In this document: one piece after another, positions 39,683 to 50,322 of the stretch
How positions within the stretch are numbered: position 1 is the stretch's first letter
Layout: each line of letters starts with the position of its first letter
Assembly (NCBI GenBank): GCA_018303325.1
Contig: JAGVYH010000001.1
Location: forward strand, 24,849 to 88,848
Reading direction: 5' to 3'
Length of the DNA stretch: 64,000 nt
Source: Candidatus Woesearchaeota archaeon
GTDB taxonomy: Archaea > Nanobdellota > Nanobdellia > Woesearchaeales > DSVV01
Program-made: the position numbers and the translations under genes
The notes under the pieces: model-generated
Databases searched by the model: none
Told to the model about the DNA's origin: nothing
The model's input: the letters and a program-made list of their open reading frames with translations, nothing else

Positions 39683-41200
39683 ATGAATGAACAAAATCTT
39701 AAAAAAGAAGACATAAAAGAATTAGTGAAAAACAGCAAAATTAAACTTTACGAGTTAGAGGAATATCTCTTTCAGAATATTTTTAATTCTGACAGCGAAT
39801 ATTTTCAGCAGGCTGTTGAAATTAGCGAAAGGCTTCGCGCAGAAATTTTCGAAGAAACATTAGGAATTACATTAGACACAATAAAAGATGCTAATTATGG
39901 TTTATTAGTCAATAATTCGCGGTTAAAAGACGGCAACATCCTTAAAGGCACAGAATTAAAAATTGGCACTGCAAAGATACCATTAAGCATAGCGGGTCCT
40001 GTTAAAATTAACAGCCAGCAAAATAATGATAATAATAAGAATAGTAATAATTATAACAATGTAAACAATGAATTTTATATTCCAATCGCAACAAATGAAG
40101 CTGCTTTAGTCGCTGGTCTTAATAGGGGAATAAAAGCAATAAATTTAGCTGGAGGTGCAGCTGCTTCTGTTGTATACAATGGAATGACAAGAGCGCCATT
40201 ATTGGAAGCGCCTGATATTTTTTCTGCGCAAAAGTTTTCTGAAAATATTAATACTGGAAAATACAACGAGCTTTTCGCTAAAATCGTCGAGGAAAACGCA
40301 GAATACTCCAGATTTATGGACGTGAAAGCATTTCAGATTCAAAATAAGGTTTGGTTGCGGTTTAGATATAACACTGGCGAGGCAATGGGCATGAACTCTG
40401 CTGTAAAATACACAACATTAATCATGCAGGAATTATTAAATTCAGAGAAACATCCAGAAACAAAAGGTTTCAAACTTTTGGCATTGAGCGGCAATTTATG
40501 CTCTGACAAAAAAGCAGCAATGATAAATATTCTTGAAGGCAGAGGCTACAAAGCAGAAGCTTCAGTTATTATTTCTAATGAAATCCTTGAAAAAGTTTTC
40601 AATGTAAACGCTGAGAGAATAATCAAATTAAATTTTTGGAAAAATCATGTCGGCTCAAGCCTTGCGGGCTCATTAACAGGATGCAATGCAAACGCCGCAA
40701 ATACCATCGCAGGAATTTTCGCAGCAACCGGACAGGATCTTGCGCAGATTGTTGAAAGCTCTACTTGCTACACTTTTGCAGCGCCTGCATCTGCTTCATT
40801 CAATAATACACTTGGAGTTAATAATGCACTTAAATTTAGTATTACTTTACCATGTCTTGAAATCGGAACAATTGGCGGAGGCACTCAATTTGGAACTGCA
40901 AAAGAAGCGTTTGATATTATGTTCACAAACAACAGAAACAACAGCGTGAAAAACAGCGAAAACAACTGCACAAACTTAGAAGAAATAGAAATAAAAGAAA
41001 ATAGAAAAAATAATATAAATCATGAAATAGAAGAAAAGAGCGGAAATAATATAAATAATACCTGTACCAACCCACTCACAAGAACATTTGCAGAAGTTAT
41101 AGCTGCAGCAGTATTAGCACAGGAGCTTAATCTGCTTGCAGTATTGGCAAATGAGTACGCATTATGTAATTGTCATATGAAATTAGCGAGAGGAGAGTAA
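39683..41200 (+). CDS. hmgA: HMG-CoA reductase (class I, NADPH) with Asn-rich insertions
   Basis: PIATNEAALVA, GMTRAP, TGEAMGMN, LSGNLCSDKK, ATGQDLAQ and GTIGGGT motifs. Confidence 0.93.
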   Translation: MNEQNLKKEDIKELVKNSKIKLYELEEYLFQNIFNSDSEYFQQAVEISERLRAEIFEETLGITLDTIKDANYGLLVNNSRLKDGNILKGTELKIGTAKIPLSIAGPVKINSQQNNDNNKNSNNYNNVNNEFYIPIATNEAALVAGLNRGIKAINLAGGAAASVVYNGMTRAPLLEAPDIFSAQKFSENINTGKYNELFAKIVEENAEYSRFMDVKAFQIQNKVWLRFRYNTGEAMGMNSAVKYTTLIMQELLNSEKHPETKGFKLLALSGNLCSDKKAAMINILEGRGYKAEASVIISNEILEKVFNVNAERIIKLNFWKNHVGSSLAGSLTGCNANAANTIAGIFAATGQDLAQIVESSTCYTFAAPASASFNNTLGVNNALKFSITLPCLEIGTIGGGTQFGTAKEAFDIMFTNNRNNSVKNSENNCTNLEEIEIKENRKNNINHEIEEKSGNNINNTCTNPLTRTFAEVIAAAVLAQELNLLAVLANEYALCNCHMKLARGE

Positions 41201-41237
41201 AAAGTGTATTTGTTTAGTTGGTTAATGTTTTTTGACC

Positions 41238-41373
41238 GCTCACAACCCGTAACTAGGGACGCAGTCCCCCGTCCTATGAAAAGTTTAAGTTTTTTCGAAG
41301 AGTTTATTAAAAAATTAAATTTCGAAAAACAAACTAAATTAAATCATGAGACGTGTGGCTTCGCCCAGGAACT
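41238..41373 (+). mobile_element. Family D element
   Basis: GGGACGCAGTCCCCCGTCCTATGA...TCATGAGACGTGTGGCTTCGCCCAGGAACT. Confidence 0.8.
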
Positions 41374-41468
41374 ATAGCAAAGGCACCAAATTTCCGTAAT
41401 TAATAATGCCTTTGCTATATACGTGGACTTTAACAAAAAAGATACGAATATTAAAGTCCACCATTATA
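41373..41468. repeat. Doublet of TATA-bounded hairpin units abutting a family D element
   Basis: TATAGCAAAGGCA/TGCCTTTGCTATA then GTGGACTTTAA/TTAAAGTCCAC-CATTATA. Confidence 0.85.
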
Positions 41469-41524
41469 AACAAAGACTAAATGTTTAAATAGATTAAATG
41501 TTGGTTGAATGACTTAGTATATTT

Positions 41525-42697
41525 ATGGTGTTAAGAATGCTTCAAAAACTAAACATTGGTATTGTCGGATTTGGATGCTATATTCCTAAATTCAGAATAA
41601 AAATAGAAGATATTGCTGCTGCCAATAATCAGAATGTTGAATTGTTAAAATCAGCTTTGCTTATTTCTGAAAAATCAGTTCCTAATAAAGATGAAGACGC
41701 AGTTACAATCGCTGTGGAAGCTGCAAAGACTGCAATTGCCAGAGCAGAGCAAGTATCAAAATTATTAAAAAATAATTCAAAAACAGAGAATAATATTTCT
41801 AGTGAATCAAATACTTCCAATGACGCTGTTAATAATTTTAACAAAACAAAAATCGGCGCAATTTACATGGGGAGTGAATCACATCCTTACGCAGTTAAAT
41901 CAAGCGCATCAATTCTTGGAGAAGCATTAGGTATAGGAAATAATTTTACTGCTGCTGATTTAGAATTTGCATGCAAGGCAGGAACAGCTGCACTGCAGAT
42001 GATATCAGGAATGGTCATGTCTGGAATTGTAGAATATGGCCTTGCAATCGGCGCAGACACTTCTCAGGGCGCGCCAGGAGATGCGTTAGAATATAGTGCG
42101 TCAGCAGGAGGCGCTGCATTTATCGTAGGAACCTCAGGCAAAGACAACGCAGGAAATGAAAAAACCGCAGCAAACATTCTCTACACATTATCAAAAACAA
42201 CAGACACACCTGATTTCTGGAGAAGGAACGCACAGAAATATCCAACACATATGGGTAGATTTACAGGCGAGGAAGCTTATTTCAAGCATGTAATCGAGAC
42301 GACACAGGCAATGCTTCAAGAAACAGGGTTTAAGATTAATGATTTTGATCATATTGTATTTCATCAGCCAAACGGAAAATTCCCGCTCACAGCAGCAAAA
42401 ACATTATGTGCAACAAAAGAACAATTAAAATTTGGAATTGTCGTGCATGAAATAGGAAATACTTATTCAGGCAGCTGCCTGTTAGGATTGACGAATGTGT
42501 TAGAAAATGCTCTTCCTAATCAAAGAATATTGCTTACATCATATGGTTCTGGCAGTGGCTCAGACTGTTTTGTTATTGAAACAACAGACCTTTTGCCTGA
42601 AACCCAGAAAATAGGCAAAAAGTTATTAAACCACCTAAGCAATAAGGTGTATGTCAATTATACTCAATACAGACAAATGGTTGAGATGATACATTAG
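41525..42697 (+). CDS. hmgS: Archaeal HMG-CoA synthase
   Basis: GSESHPYAVK, DLEFACKAGT, DTPDFWRR, FHQPNGKFP and GNTYSG motifs. Confidence 0.93.
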   Translation: MVLRMLQKLNIGIVGFGCYIPKFRIKIEDIAAANNQNVELLKSALLISEKSVPNKDEDAVTIAVEAAKTAIARAEQVSKLLKNNSKTENNISSESNTSNDAVNNFNKTKIGAIYMGSESHPYAVKSSASILGEALGIGNNFTAADLEFACKAGTAALQMISGMVMSGIVEYGLAIGADTSQGAPGDALEYSASAGGAAFIVGTSGKDNAGNEKTAANILYTLSKTTDTPDFWRRNAQKYPTHMGRFTGEEAYFKHVIETTQAMLQETGFKINDFDHIVFHQPNGKFPLTAAKTLCATKEQLKFGIVVHEIGNTYSGSCLLGLTNVLENALPNQRILLTSYGSGSGSDCFVIETTDLLPETQKIGKKLLNHLSNKVYVNYTQYRQMVEMIH

Positions 42698-42748
42698 AAA
42701 TTAGTAGAATAAATGTTATATAGAACACATTAAAAAAGGTAAAATAAT

Positions 42749-43897
42749 ATGAAAGTAGGTATAATCGGCGTCGGAGCAACAAAGTTTGGAGAGTTATGGA
42801 GATATGGGATTAAAGATTTATTAGCTGAATCACAACTGCTTGCATTAGAAGACGCTGGTTTAAGCGAGAGAGATATAGATATGATAGTCACAGGCAATAT
42901 GTGCTCAAGCACTTTTTCCGGACAAAGCCATCTTGGCAGCATGGCAAGCGAAATTTTAAATATCAATGTTCCTTCTATCCGCGTCGAGGCTGCCTGCGCT
43001 TCTGGCAGCGTTGCAATAAGACAAGGCATTCACGCAATAAATTCAGGAGAAGCTGATATTGTTATGGTTAACGGCGTGGAAAAAATGACAGATGTGCAGA
43101 CAAGACAGGCAACAACAGGATTAATGGGTGCAGGAGACGAGGAATGGGAAGGCACACAAGGATTAACATTTTGCGGATTGTATGCAATGATGGCAAGAGC
43201 TTATATGCACAAATATAGCTTAACCAGAGAACAGCTTGCTTTAGTGAGCGTAAAAAATCATAAGCATGCAACACTTAACCCCATTGCTCATTTTCATAAT
43301 GAAATCACAGTTGATCAGGTAATCAACAGCTCAATCATTGCAGATCCTTTAACATTATTAGACTGTTCGCCAATTACAGACGGAAGTGCTTCAATAATCT
43401 TAGCCAGCGAAGAGGTTGCTAAAAAATTTGAGAAACCAGTATGGATAATTGGAAGCGGACAGGCAAATGATACATTAAGCCTGCATGCCCGTAAATCATT
43501 GACAGAAATCACAGCAACAACACAGGCAGTGCAAAGAGCATTATTACAGGCAAAGATGGGTATTGACAAAGTGGATGTTACAGAGGTTCATGATTGCTTT
43601 TCAATTGCAGAAGTTATGGCTATTGAAGATTTAGGGCTTATTCCTAGAGGAGAAGCAGGAAAAATAATGGAAGAAGGACAAACTTATTTCGACGGAAAAA
43701 TTCCAATCAATAGCTGCGGCGGATTAAAAGCCTGCGGCCATCCAATCGGCGCAACTGGAATAAAACAGGCATGGGAAATTGTCAAACAATTAAGGGGAGA
43801 AGCAGGAAAACGGCAGGTAAAAGGAGCGCAGATAGGATTAACGCACAATGTCGGCGGAACCGGAAGCACTGTTGTTGTTCATGTGTTTTCGAAATGA
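42749..43897 (+). CDS. Acetoacetyl-CoA thiolase (archaeal thiolase-domain protein)
   Basis: VEAACASG, DCSPITDG, EVHDCF and GHPIGATG motifs. Confidence 0.93.
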   Translation: MKVGIIGVGATKFGELWRYGIKDLLAESQLLALEDAGLSERDIDMIVTGNMCSSTFSGQSHLGSMASEILNINVPSIRVEAACASGSVAIRQGIHAINSGEADIVMVNGVEKMTDVQTRQATTGLMGAGDEEWEGTQGLTFCGLYAMMARAYMHKYSLTREQLALVSVKNHKHATLNPIAHFHNEITVDQVINSSIIADPLTLLDCSPITDGSASIILASEEVAKKFEKPVWIIGSGQANDTLSLHARKSLTEITATTQAVQRALLQAKMGIDKVDVTEVHDCFSIAEVMAIEDLGLIPRGEAGKIMEEGQTYFDGKIPINSCGGLKACGHPIGATGIKQAWEIVKQLRGEAGKRQVKGAQIGLTHNVGGTGSTVVVHVFSK

Positions 43898-43926
43898 AAT
43901 ACAAATAATAGTATTCGTTTTTGTTT

Positions 43927-44158
43927 AGTTCCTGGGCGAAGCCACCCGTCTCATGATGAAGTTTAGGTTTTTTTATTTTAAACTTGAACAGTTTATGTAT
44001 AGGCACGGACATTAATTTTTATATATCCTATCCGTGACTATATTCGCGGACTTTAACAAAATTAATACGAATATTAAAGTCCGCCACTATAACGATTAAA
44101 AAAACGTAAAAAACTTTTCATGAGACGGTGGACTGCGTCCCACAAACGTGTTGGGAGT
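43927..44158 (-). mobile_element. Family D element (reverse orientation) with two nested TATA-bounded hairpins (43998-44091)
   Basis: AGTTCCTGGGCGAAGCCACCCGTCTCATGA ... TCATGAGACGGTGGACTGCGTCCCACAAAC. Inner stems CACGGA/TCCGTG and GCGGACTTTAA/TTAAAGTCCGC. Confidence 0.85.
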
Positions 44159-44249
44159 AAATAATATGTTACAAAAGCACATAAATTGAAATAATCTATT
44201 GCAAATAGTGATAAGGAAAAGTGGCATCTAAGCACAACAAGGTGAAATA

Positions 44250-44663
44250 ATGTACAGAGAAAGCCCAATAATCAGATGGAGAAGATATCCTGAAAGGTAC
44301 AGATTAGAAGGAAACAAGTGCGCACAATGCAGCAAGATTTATTTTCCTAAGACATACTTGTGCGAATGCGGTTCAAAGAAGTTTTTACCTCATCAATTAA
44401 AACCAAGAGGAAAGATATTAACTTACACAGAAATAAAATCTTCTCCAGAAGAATTCTCAGAAATGACTCCTTATTGTGTCGCCATAATTGAACTGAATGA
44501 AGGGCCGAAAATAACAACACAGATAGCAGATTGTGATGTTTCTGAAATAAAAATTGGTGATGAAGTGGAAATGGTGTTTAGAAAATTTCTCGCGTCAGGA
44601 GAAGAAGGAATTATACATTATGGGTTTAAGTTTAAGAAGGTTGAAGAGAATATAGTAAATTAA
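44250..44663 (+). CDS. DUF35 Zn-ribbon/OB-fold scaffold of the thiolase/HMG-CoA synthase complex
   Basis: CxxC...CxCG and GIIHYGFKF; clustered with thiolase and HMG-CoA synthase. Confidence 0.9.
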   Translation: MYRESPIIRWRRYPERYRLEGNKCAQCSKIYFPKTYLCECGSKKFLPHQLKPRGKILTYTEIKSSPEEFSEMTPYCVAIIELNEGPKITTQIADCDVSEIKIGDEVEMVFRKFLASGEEGIIHYGFKFKKVEENIVN

Positions 44664-44674
44664 AGTGTTATACT

Positions 44675-46114
44675 TTATAAAAATTCAACTGCTTTTCCTG
44701 TTCTGAAATCTTGTAACTTTGAATCTTTTCCTGGTTTTTGTATATATTGGATGTTTGAAGAGCTAAGATCTATATTTTTAACCCTGCTGCCACCTATTAT
44801 AAACCCGGTTTCAGAAGTAGTTTCAGCAATAGAAAATAATTTATTGTCTATTATTAATCCTAATCCATTAGGTGAACTATATTTCCATTCTACTGCAACA
44901 GATATATGATGATCATAATAAACCAACCTATAATCAACTCCTGCTTGTTCCAATAAAGAAGCATAAAGAATGACTTTTCCACTGCAATCAGAACCTCTTG
45001 ACATCAGCACTTCGTTAGGTCTTTTTAAAACTTCAGTACCGCCTGTTACTTCTGATTGATCATATTTTACTTCACGTGTTACAAAATCCAAAAGCCGCTG
45101 AGCAGTATGCTCGTTAGATATTGGAGAAGGAACTAATGAAGTTACTAATCTTTCCAATGATGGCTCGCCTTTTTTTGCAACAAAAGCACCATGATTATGT
45201 ACAATCTCGATGGCACCATTACCATTTTTTCCTAAATTAATCCTGAGAGAACCACCATGAATACTTCTGTTTTCAGCAAAATCTTCTAATTCTTTTAAAG
45301 AAAAGGTGTATGTTGCACTTTTATAAGGAACACTGATCTGTGCTGACGGATTAACCCTAAAATCAACTGAAGGAAATCTGAAAATATAATGCCCTGGTTT
45401 TCTAAATCCATATTTTTCAAGTAATAGAACACTACCATCATATTTTCCATCCTGTGTTTGACCCCATCTAATTGCACTTGGATTTTTTGACAATCTTTGT
45501 AAATCCTGTTTATTATATTTGTTAACGGGTATTGAAAAATAGACCATTCCTTCGGTTAAGTCATACATCATTAATTCTGCGCTTGTTCCAGTTATCTGTC
45601 CTGTAAAGTTAGAGCTTGTAAATCTTGGTTGTGCCATATAACTTAAGACAATAGAAGTGATATCATCCATTTCTGCAGTTCTTGGCTCTGATTTTGGAGC
45701 TGGTTTTTGTGTGGTTGTATGATTTGTAGAAGGGGAAGGGGCGGTGGTAGGATGATTAGTTGTAGGATGAGATGTTGTAGATGAAATAGGTGCTTGTGCT
45801 TTTTTACTTCCTTTACTTCCTTTTTTTTGTGGTGATTGTTTTCCTTTTTGAGTTCCTGAGTTTTGAGTTCCTGAATCTTCAAATAAAGGATTTTTTGGTG
45901 GCTCTGGATTTGCAACTGATTGTTCTATTGCCTTTGTTGGTTTTTGCCATTCTCTATATGCATCTTTATAAAAATCAACTGCGTTTTCACCTAACAATAC
46001 AGTAGAAAATATAGATAAAAATCCACCAGAAGCTAACCAAATCAATTTTACAAGTCTTGATTCTTTCGCCTTTCTTATTCTTTCATTATCTTCTTCAGCA
46101 TTATATTGTACCAT
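44675..46114 (-). CDS. Membrane-anchored transglutaminase-like domain protein
   Basis: N-terminal TM, P/T-rich linker, and P.EVL...GSDCSGKVILYASLL...HISVAV. Confidence 0.8.
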   Translation of the reverse strand: MVQYNAEEDNERIRKAKESRLVKLIWLASGGFLSIFSTVLLGENAVDFYKDAYREWQKPTKAIEQSVANPEPPKNPLFEDSGTQNSGTQKGKQSPQKKGSKGSKKAQAPISSTTSHPTTNHPTTAPSPSTNHTTTQKPAPKSEPRTAEMDDITSIVLSYMAQPRFTSSNFTGQITGTSAELMMYDLTEGMVYFSIPVNKYNKQDLQRLSKNPSAIRWGQTQDGKYDGSVLLLEKYGFRKPGHYIFRFPSVDFRVNPSAQISVPYKSATYTFSLKELEDFAENRSIHGGSLRINLGKNGNGAIEIVHNHGAFVAKKGEPSLERLVTSLVPSPISNEHTAQRLLDFVTREVKYDQSEVTGGTEVLKRPNEVLMSRGSDCSGKVILYASLLEQAGVDYRLVYYDHHISVAVEWKYSSPNGLGLIIDNKLFSIAETTSETGFIIGGSRVKNIDLSSSNIQYIQKPGKDSKLQDFRTGKAVEFL

Positions 46115-46282
46115 AACACATTATATGGAGGAACTAGTATATAAATCTTTTGTTTTTGTAACCCCTTATTAGTAGTTAAAATATAAACGAAATATACTTT
46201 TATCAGTTAATGTCAAAACTATATTCTAAAACTTTTCAATTTTCAGAAATCTTATCACTAAATATGAATTTTACTGAAAACA

Positions 46283-47344
46283 CTACCTGCAATAAGTCCT
46301 AACCAACTCTTTAGCAATTTTACGCAGATGTGGATTTTGTATTAAACCCAAATTACAAGGAATTAACCCACCGTTTAATTGATCAATAGATTTTATTCCT
46401 TGTGTATACCACTCTGCAACGTAATCTTTTGTTCTTTGAATTACGTTTGAAAGATATGCAGGAACTCTATGTGGTTCAGACAACAGTCTCATTATTTCTA
46501 AAGTACCATGCTCATGGTTTGCATCAGTATCATAATCAACAGGAAATGCTGCAACTGCATACTCCATTCCTAACTGCATTGCAAACTGCGCTTCAGGGTT
46601 AGCTGTCATGCCAATAATATCTGCATAAGTTGATCTTTTCATCCCCTCTGCTGATGAGCTAAATCTATCGCCAGGGATTGTTACATAAATACCATGCTCA
46701 TGAACATTATTAAAATAATTTCCCTCTTTTGCGCAGTCAATTAAGATTTTTCTTAATCCTTCAGAAAATGCAGGTCTTGGATTAAAATGTATTACTAACC
46801 CAACACCCCAAATATTATCATTTCTTCCTGTTTCATCAATATAATCATGGGGAACAACCAGCTCTTCCAATTTTATTGTATTTTGTCTGAGGCTTCCAAC
46901 TGCGCTGGTTGCAATAACCACATTTGCGCCGAGACTTTTCGCTGCGATTAAATTAGCTGCATATTGTGAGCATGAAGGCCCATATCTTACACTATGACCA
47001 TGTCTTGGAATGAATATAACACCATCTCTTTCTTTGTATTCAATTACACCAGGCAGAAGGAAATCATCTTCTGATTGAAACTTAACCACCCCGGATGCTT
47101 GTTTATCTTCTGTAAAAATAGTTATAGGAACTATGGAATTATGAATGTTACCTTTACGGCAGCAGCCATTTAATTCAACACCCATTCGTTTCCACACCTC
47201 TTCAACTCTCGGCTCAACATATTGCGTGTCAAATCTCTTAAATTCACCTAAACCTTCGAGGCTGTCACCTATGCCAGAACCGCCAATAATTGCGATCTTG
47301 ACATCATGTGTATTTACATCATTTGTTTTTCTTACAGTTACCAT
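46283..47344 (-). CDS. MTAP/purine nucleoside phosphorylase family protein (divergent)
   Basis: IAIIGGSG, FIPRHG, SAVGSL, DIIGMT..PEA and VDYD motifs. Confidence 0.85.
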   Translation of the reverse strand: MVTVRKTNDVNTHDVKIAIIGGSGIGDSLEGLGEFKRFDTQYVEPRVEEVWKRMGVELNGCCRKGNIHNSIVPITIFTEDKQASGVVKFQSEDDFLLPGVIEYKERDGVIFIPRHGHSVRYGPSCSQYAANLIAAKSLGANVVIATSAVGSLRQNTIKLEELVVPHDYIDETGRNDNIWGVGLVIHFNPRPAFSEGLRKILIDCAKEGNYFNNVHEHGIYVTIPGDRFSSSAEGMKRSTYADIIGMTANPEAQFAMQLGMEYAVAAFPVDYDTDANHEHGTLEIMRLLSEPHRVPAYLSNVIQRTKDYVAEWYTQGIKSIDQLNGGLIPCNLGLIQNPHLRKIAKELVRTYCR

Positions 47345-47509
47345 CTTATGTGTGAATTTAAGCGCTGCTTATAAAGATTTATAGAGTTTAATAAATATGT
47401 GCAAAGTGCTATAAATTTAGGTAATAACTATAACTAACAAGTGCTGCCAGTTAACACATACAAGAATACCACAACAACATTTAAAAACAGCCTTGCTTTT
47501 TTCTAGTCT

Positions 47510-49306
47510 ATGCCTAAAGAAATCATTAGACAGCCGATTGTAACAGTATTGGGCCATGTTGATCATGGAAAAACAACTTTGTTAGATAAAATTAGGCACA
47601 GCTCTGTAACTGAAAGAGAAGCTGGAAAGATTACACAGGCAATCGGCGCATCAATTATCCCTGCTGAAACTATAAACAGAATCTGCGGAAATTTACTAAA
47701 AAAACTTGGCTTAACTCTTGTAATCCCTGGTTTATTATTCATTGATACACCTGGTCACGCTGCATTTTCTAATCTGAGAAAAAGAGGGGGAAATTTAGCT
47801 GACATTGCAATAGTTGTTATCGACATAAACGAAGGATTTAAGCCGCAGACAATTGAAGCTATTGAAATCCTAAAAAATTCCAAAACACCATTTATTGTCG
47901 CTGCTAATAAAATAGATATGATTTTCGGCTGGAAATCGCAAGGCACTCAGGGCACTGCATTGCTGGAGAACATTTCTAAACAAGGCGTTTCAACGCAGGA
48001 ACAGATAGAGAAAAAGATGTATGAACTCGTCGGTAGATTATACGAGCTTGGTTTTGAAAGTGAAAGATTTGACAGAGTTGGTGATTATACCAAACAAATT
48101 GCTATTGTGCCTATATCTGCAAAAGCAGGCGAAGGTTTGCCGGAATTATTAATGGTTTTAGCTGGTTTATCGCAAAAATATCTTTCAAACAACTTAAAAT
48201 GCGACGTCACCAAAGGCGCAAAAGGAAGTATTCTTGAAGTAAAAGAAGAGCCAGGCTTGGGAAAAACTGTCGACGTTATTATCTATGAAGGATTTATTAA
48301 AGTCAATGATACAATAATAATAGGCGGTCTTGATAAGCCAATTGTCACAAAAGTAAGGGCATTGCTTGAGCCTGCCCCTCTTTCAGAGATGAGAGATAAA
48401 AAAAGCAAGTTCAAAAATGTCAAGCAGGTTTGCGCTGCAACCGGCGTGAAGATTTCTGCGCCAGAATTAGATAAAGCAATTGCCGGAATGCCGTTGTGTG
48501 TTCTCGGAAAAGAGGATTCTTTGGAAGAAACCAAACAGAAAATTCAGGAAGAGATACAACAAGTGATTATTGAAACTGACAATGAAGGTGTTATAATTAA
48601 GGCTGATGCTCTTGGTTCTTTGGAAGCATTGATAATTTTATTGAAAGAAAAGAAAGTATCAATAAGAAAAGCGCAGATAGGCAATATCACTAAAAAAGAT
48701 ATAATGGAAGCAGAAGCAAACACAAAGCCAGAATTAAAAGTGGTGATTGGATTTAATGTCTCAACAAACAGCGACGCACAGTCATATTTGCAATCTCTGC
48801 AGGAAACAGGCATGAAAATTTTAACAAGCAATGTAATTTACCAGTTAATAGAAGATTATGAATTATGGAAAGGAAATGAAAAGAAACGAATAGAAAAAGA
48901 AGGTTTGGATAAATTAACAAGAGGCGGCAAATTCCAAATCCTGCCAAACCACACTTTCAGGCAGCTAAATCCTGCTATTGTCGGCGTAGAGGTCATGGCA
49001 GGCATTATTAAGGTTGGTGTTCAATTGATGAAACTTGACGGCGTGGTAATCACGAAAGTTAAATCTATGAAATCAGGAAAAGATAATGCTTCAGAAGCTA
49101 AACGCGGAGAGCAGCTGGCTGTTGCAATGGATGGGGTAACTGTCGGTAGGCAGATTCATGAACGCGACATATTATATGTTTCTATCACAGAGGAAGAGTT
49201 TAGAAAATTAAAAAGTTACAAAGAGTACTTATCTCCTGACGAGAAAGAGATTCTCAACGAGATTGCAGAAATAATGAGGAAGAGTAATCCTGTCTGGGGC
49301 GTTTAG
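47510..49306 (+). CDS. infB: Translation initiation factor aIF5B (IF-2)
   Basis: RQPIVTVLGHVDHGKTT, FIDTPGH, NKID and KADALGSLEAL motifs. Confidence 0.98.
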   Translation: MPKEIIRQPIVTVLGHVDHGKTTLLDKIRHSSVTEREAGKITQAIGASIIPAETINRICGNLLKKLGLTLVIPGLLFIDTPGHAAFSNLRKRGGNLADIAIVVIDINEGFKPQTIEAIEILKNSKTPFIVAANKIDMIFGWKSQGTQGTALLENISKQGVSTQEQIEKKMYELVGRLYELGFESERFDRVGDYTKQIAIVPISAKAGEGLPELLMVLAGLSQKYLSNNLKCDVTKGAKGSILEVKEEPGLGKTVDVIIYEGFIKVNDTIIIGGLDKPIVTKVRALLEPAPLSEMRDKKSKFKNVKQVCAATGVKISAPELDKAIAGMPLCVLGKEDSLEETKQKIQEEIQQVIIETDNEGVIIKADALGSLEALIILLKEKKVSIRKAQIGNITKKDIMEAEANTKPELKVVIGFNVSTNSDAQSYLQSLQETGMKILTSNVIYQLIEDYELWKGNEKKRIEKEGLDKLTRGGKFQILPNHTFRQLNPAIVGVEVMAGIIKVGVQLMKLDGVVITKVKSMKSGKDNASEAKRGEQLAVAMDGVTVGRQIHERDILYVSITEEEFRKLKSYKEYLSPDEKEILNEIAEIMRKSNPVWGV

Positions 49307-49330
49307 ATAAGTAAATGTAAAGTAAATAAA

Positions 49331-49378
49331 TATACTAAAAGCACAAAATAATCGAACATTATTTTGTGCTTTTGTATA
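49331..49378. repeat. Single TATA-bounded hairpin unit (A subfamily)
   Basis: TATACTAAAAGCACAAAATAAT-CGAAC-ATTATTTTGTGCTTTTGTATA. Confidence 0.88.
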
Positions 49379-49460
49379 TCTAGGGAATCAGAGATTCCTG
49401 AGAAGTTAGAAAGCTTTGCTTTCCAACTTACAAATTAATAATAATTTATAATAAAAAAAC

Positions 49461-50009
49461 ATGGCACAACTGCATTTTTTAAACAGGAAAAGAATCAAAG
49501 AGATTTTTGAAGTTCTTAAAACACAGTATGGGCTAAAAAAAGGATATGAAGAGAAACTTAATTATGTGTTTATGATTAATGGAGATAACAAAATAAATAT
49601 AATAGACCCTTCTGTAGCAAGTATCAATCTGGATGTATTGCACATATCTTCTCTTGGCCTTTATTTAGGAGAGCTGAAAGAGAATGAAAATAATAAAGAG
49701 GATGAAATCAGATTAAGTATTGAAGGCTCGCAGATTATCGGCCCATTTGCAACAAAAAATGTTGTGGAAATCAGCGAAGGACTGATGAGATTATGGATAA
49801 GGGGGTATGATATTGAAATTAAGATTAATGACAAATCAGAAAGCGATAAACCAGACAAACAAATAACTGCAAAACAGAAAAATACAAAGCAAGAAAATGC
49901 GTTTGTAATAGTGAAATATAAAAATGATTTCTTCGGTTGCGGCAGATTAAAGGACGGAATAATTCTTAATCATATACCAAAAGAAAGAAGAATAAAGTGT
50001 GAAGATTGA
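49461..50009 (+). CDS. Nip7-like / rRNA methyltransferase C-terminal PUA-like protein
   Basis: GLYLGE...IRLSIEGSQIIGP.ATKNVVE...W..G.D...FGCG...N.IPKERR. Confidence 0.75.
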   Translation: MAQLHFLNRKRIKEIFEVLKTQYGLKKGYEEKLNYVFMINGDNKINIIDPSVASINLDVLHISSLGLYLGELKENENNKEDEIRLSIEGSQIIGPFATKNVVEISEGLMRLWIRGYDIEIKINDKSESDKPDKQITAKQKNTKQENAFVIVKYKNDFFGCGRLKDGIILNHIPKERRIKCED

Positions 50010-50085
50010 ATAATGTTGAGAATAATCATTTTTGTGTTTGTTTAACTGAGTTTGCAGATTTCCTGTTTCTTAATATTTTTATTCC

Positions 50086-50256
50086 GCTCTCAACTCGTAA
50101 CTAAGGGCGAAGTCCACCGTCCTATGATTTTAGTTTAGAGTTTTTTAAGAAAGGTGTAATTAAATTAACAGAAAAAACTAAATCATCATATACGTGTCCA
50201 ATCAGGTAGGAAATAAACTAATTAAAATAGTGAGACTGGTGGCTTCGCCCAGGAAC
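50086..50256 (+). mobile_element. Family D element
   Basis: GGGC-GAA-GTCC-ACCGTCCTATGA...CGTGTCCAATCAGGTAGGAAATAA...GTGGCTTCGCCCAGGAAC. Confidence 0.8.
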
Positions 50257-50322
50257 GAAACAAAAAAAAGTTTAAAATTAGTACAATAAAAAATATCAAA
50301 ACTACACAAAACAACAATTCAT

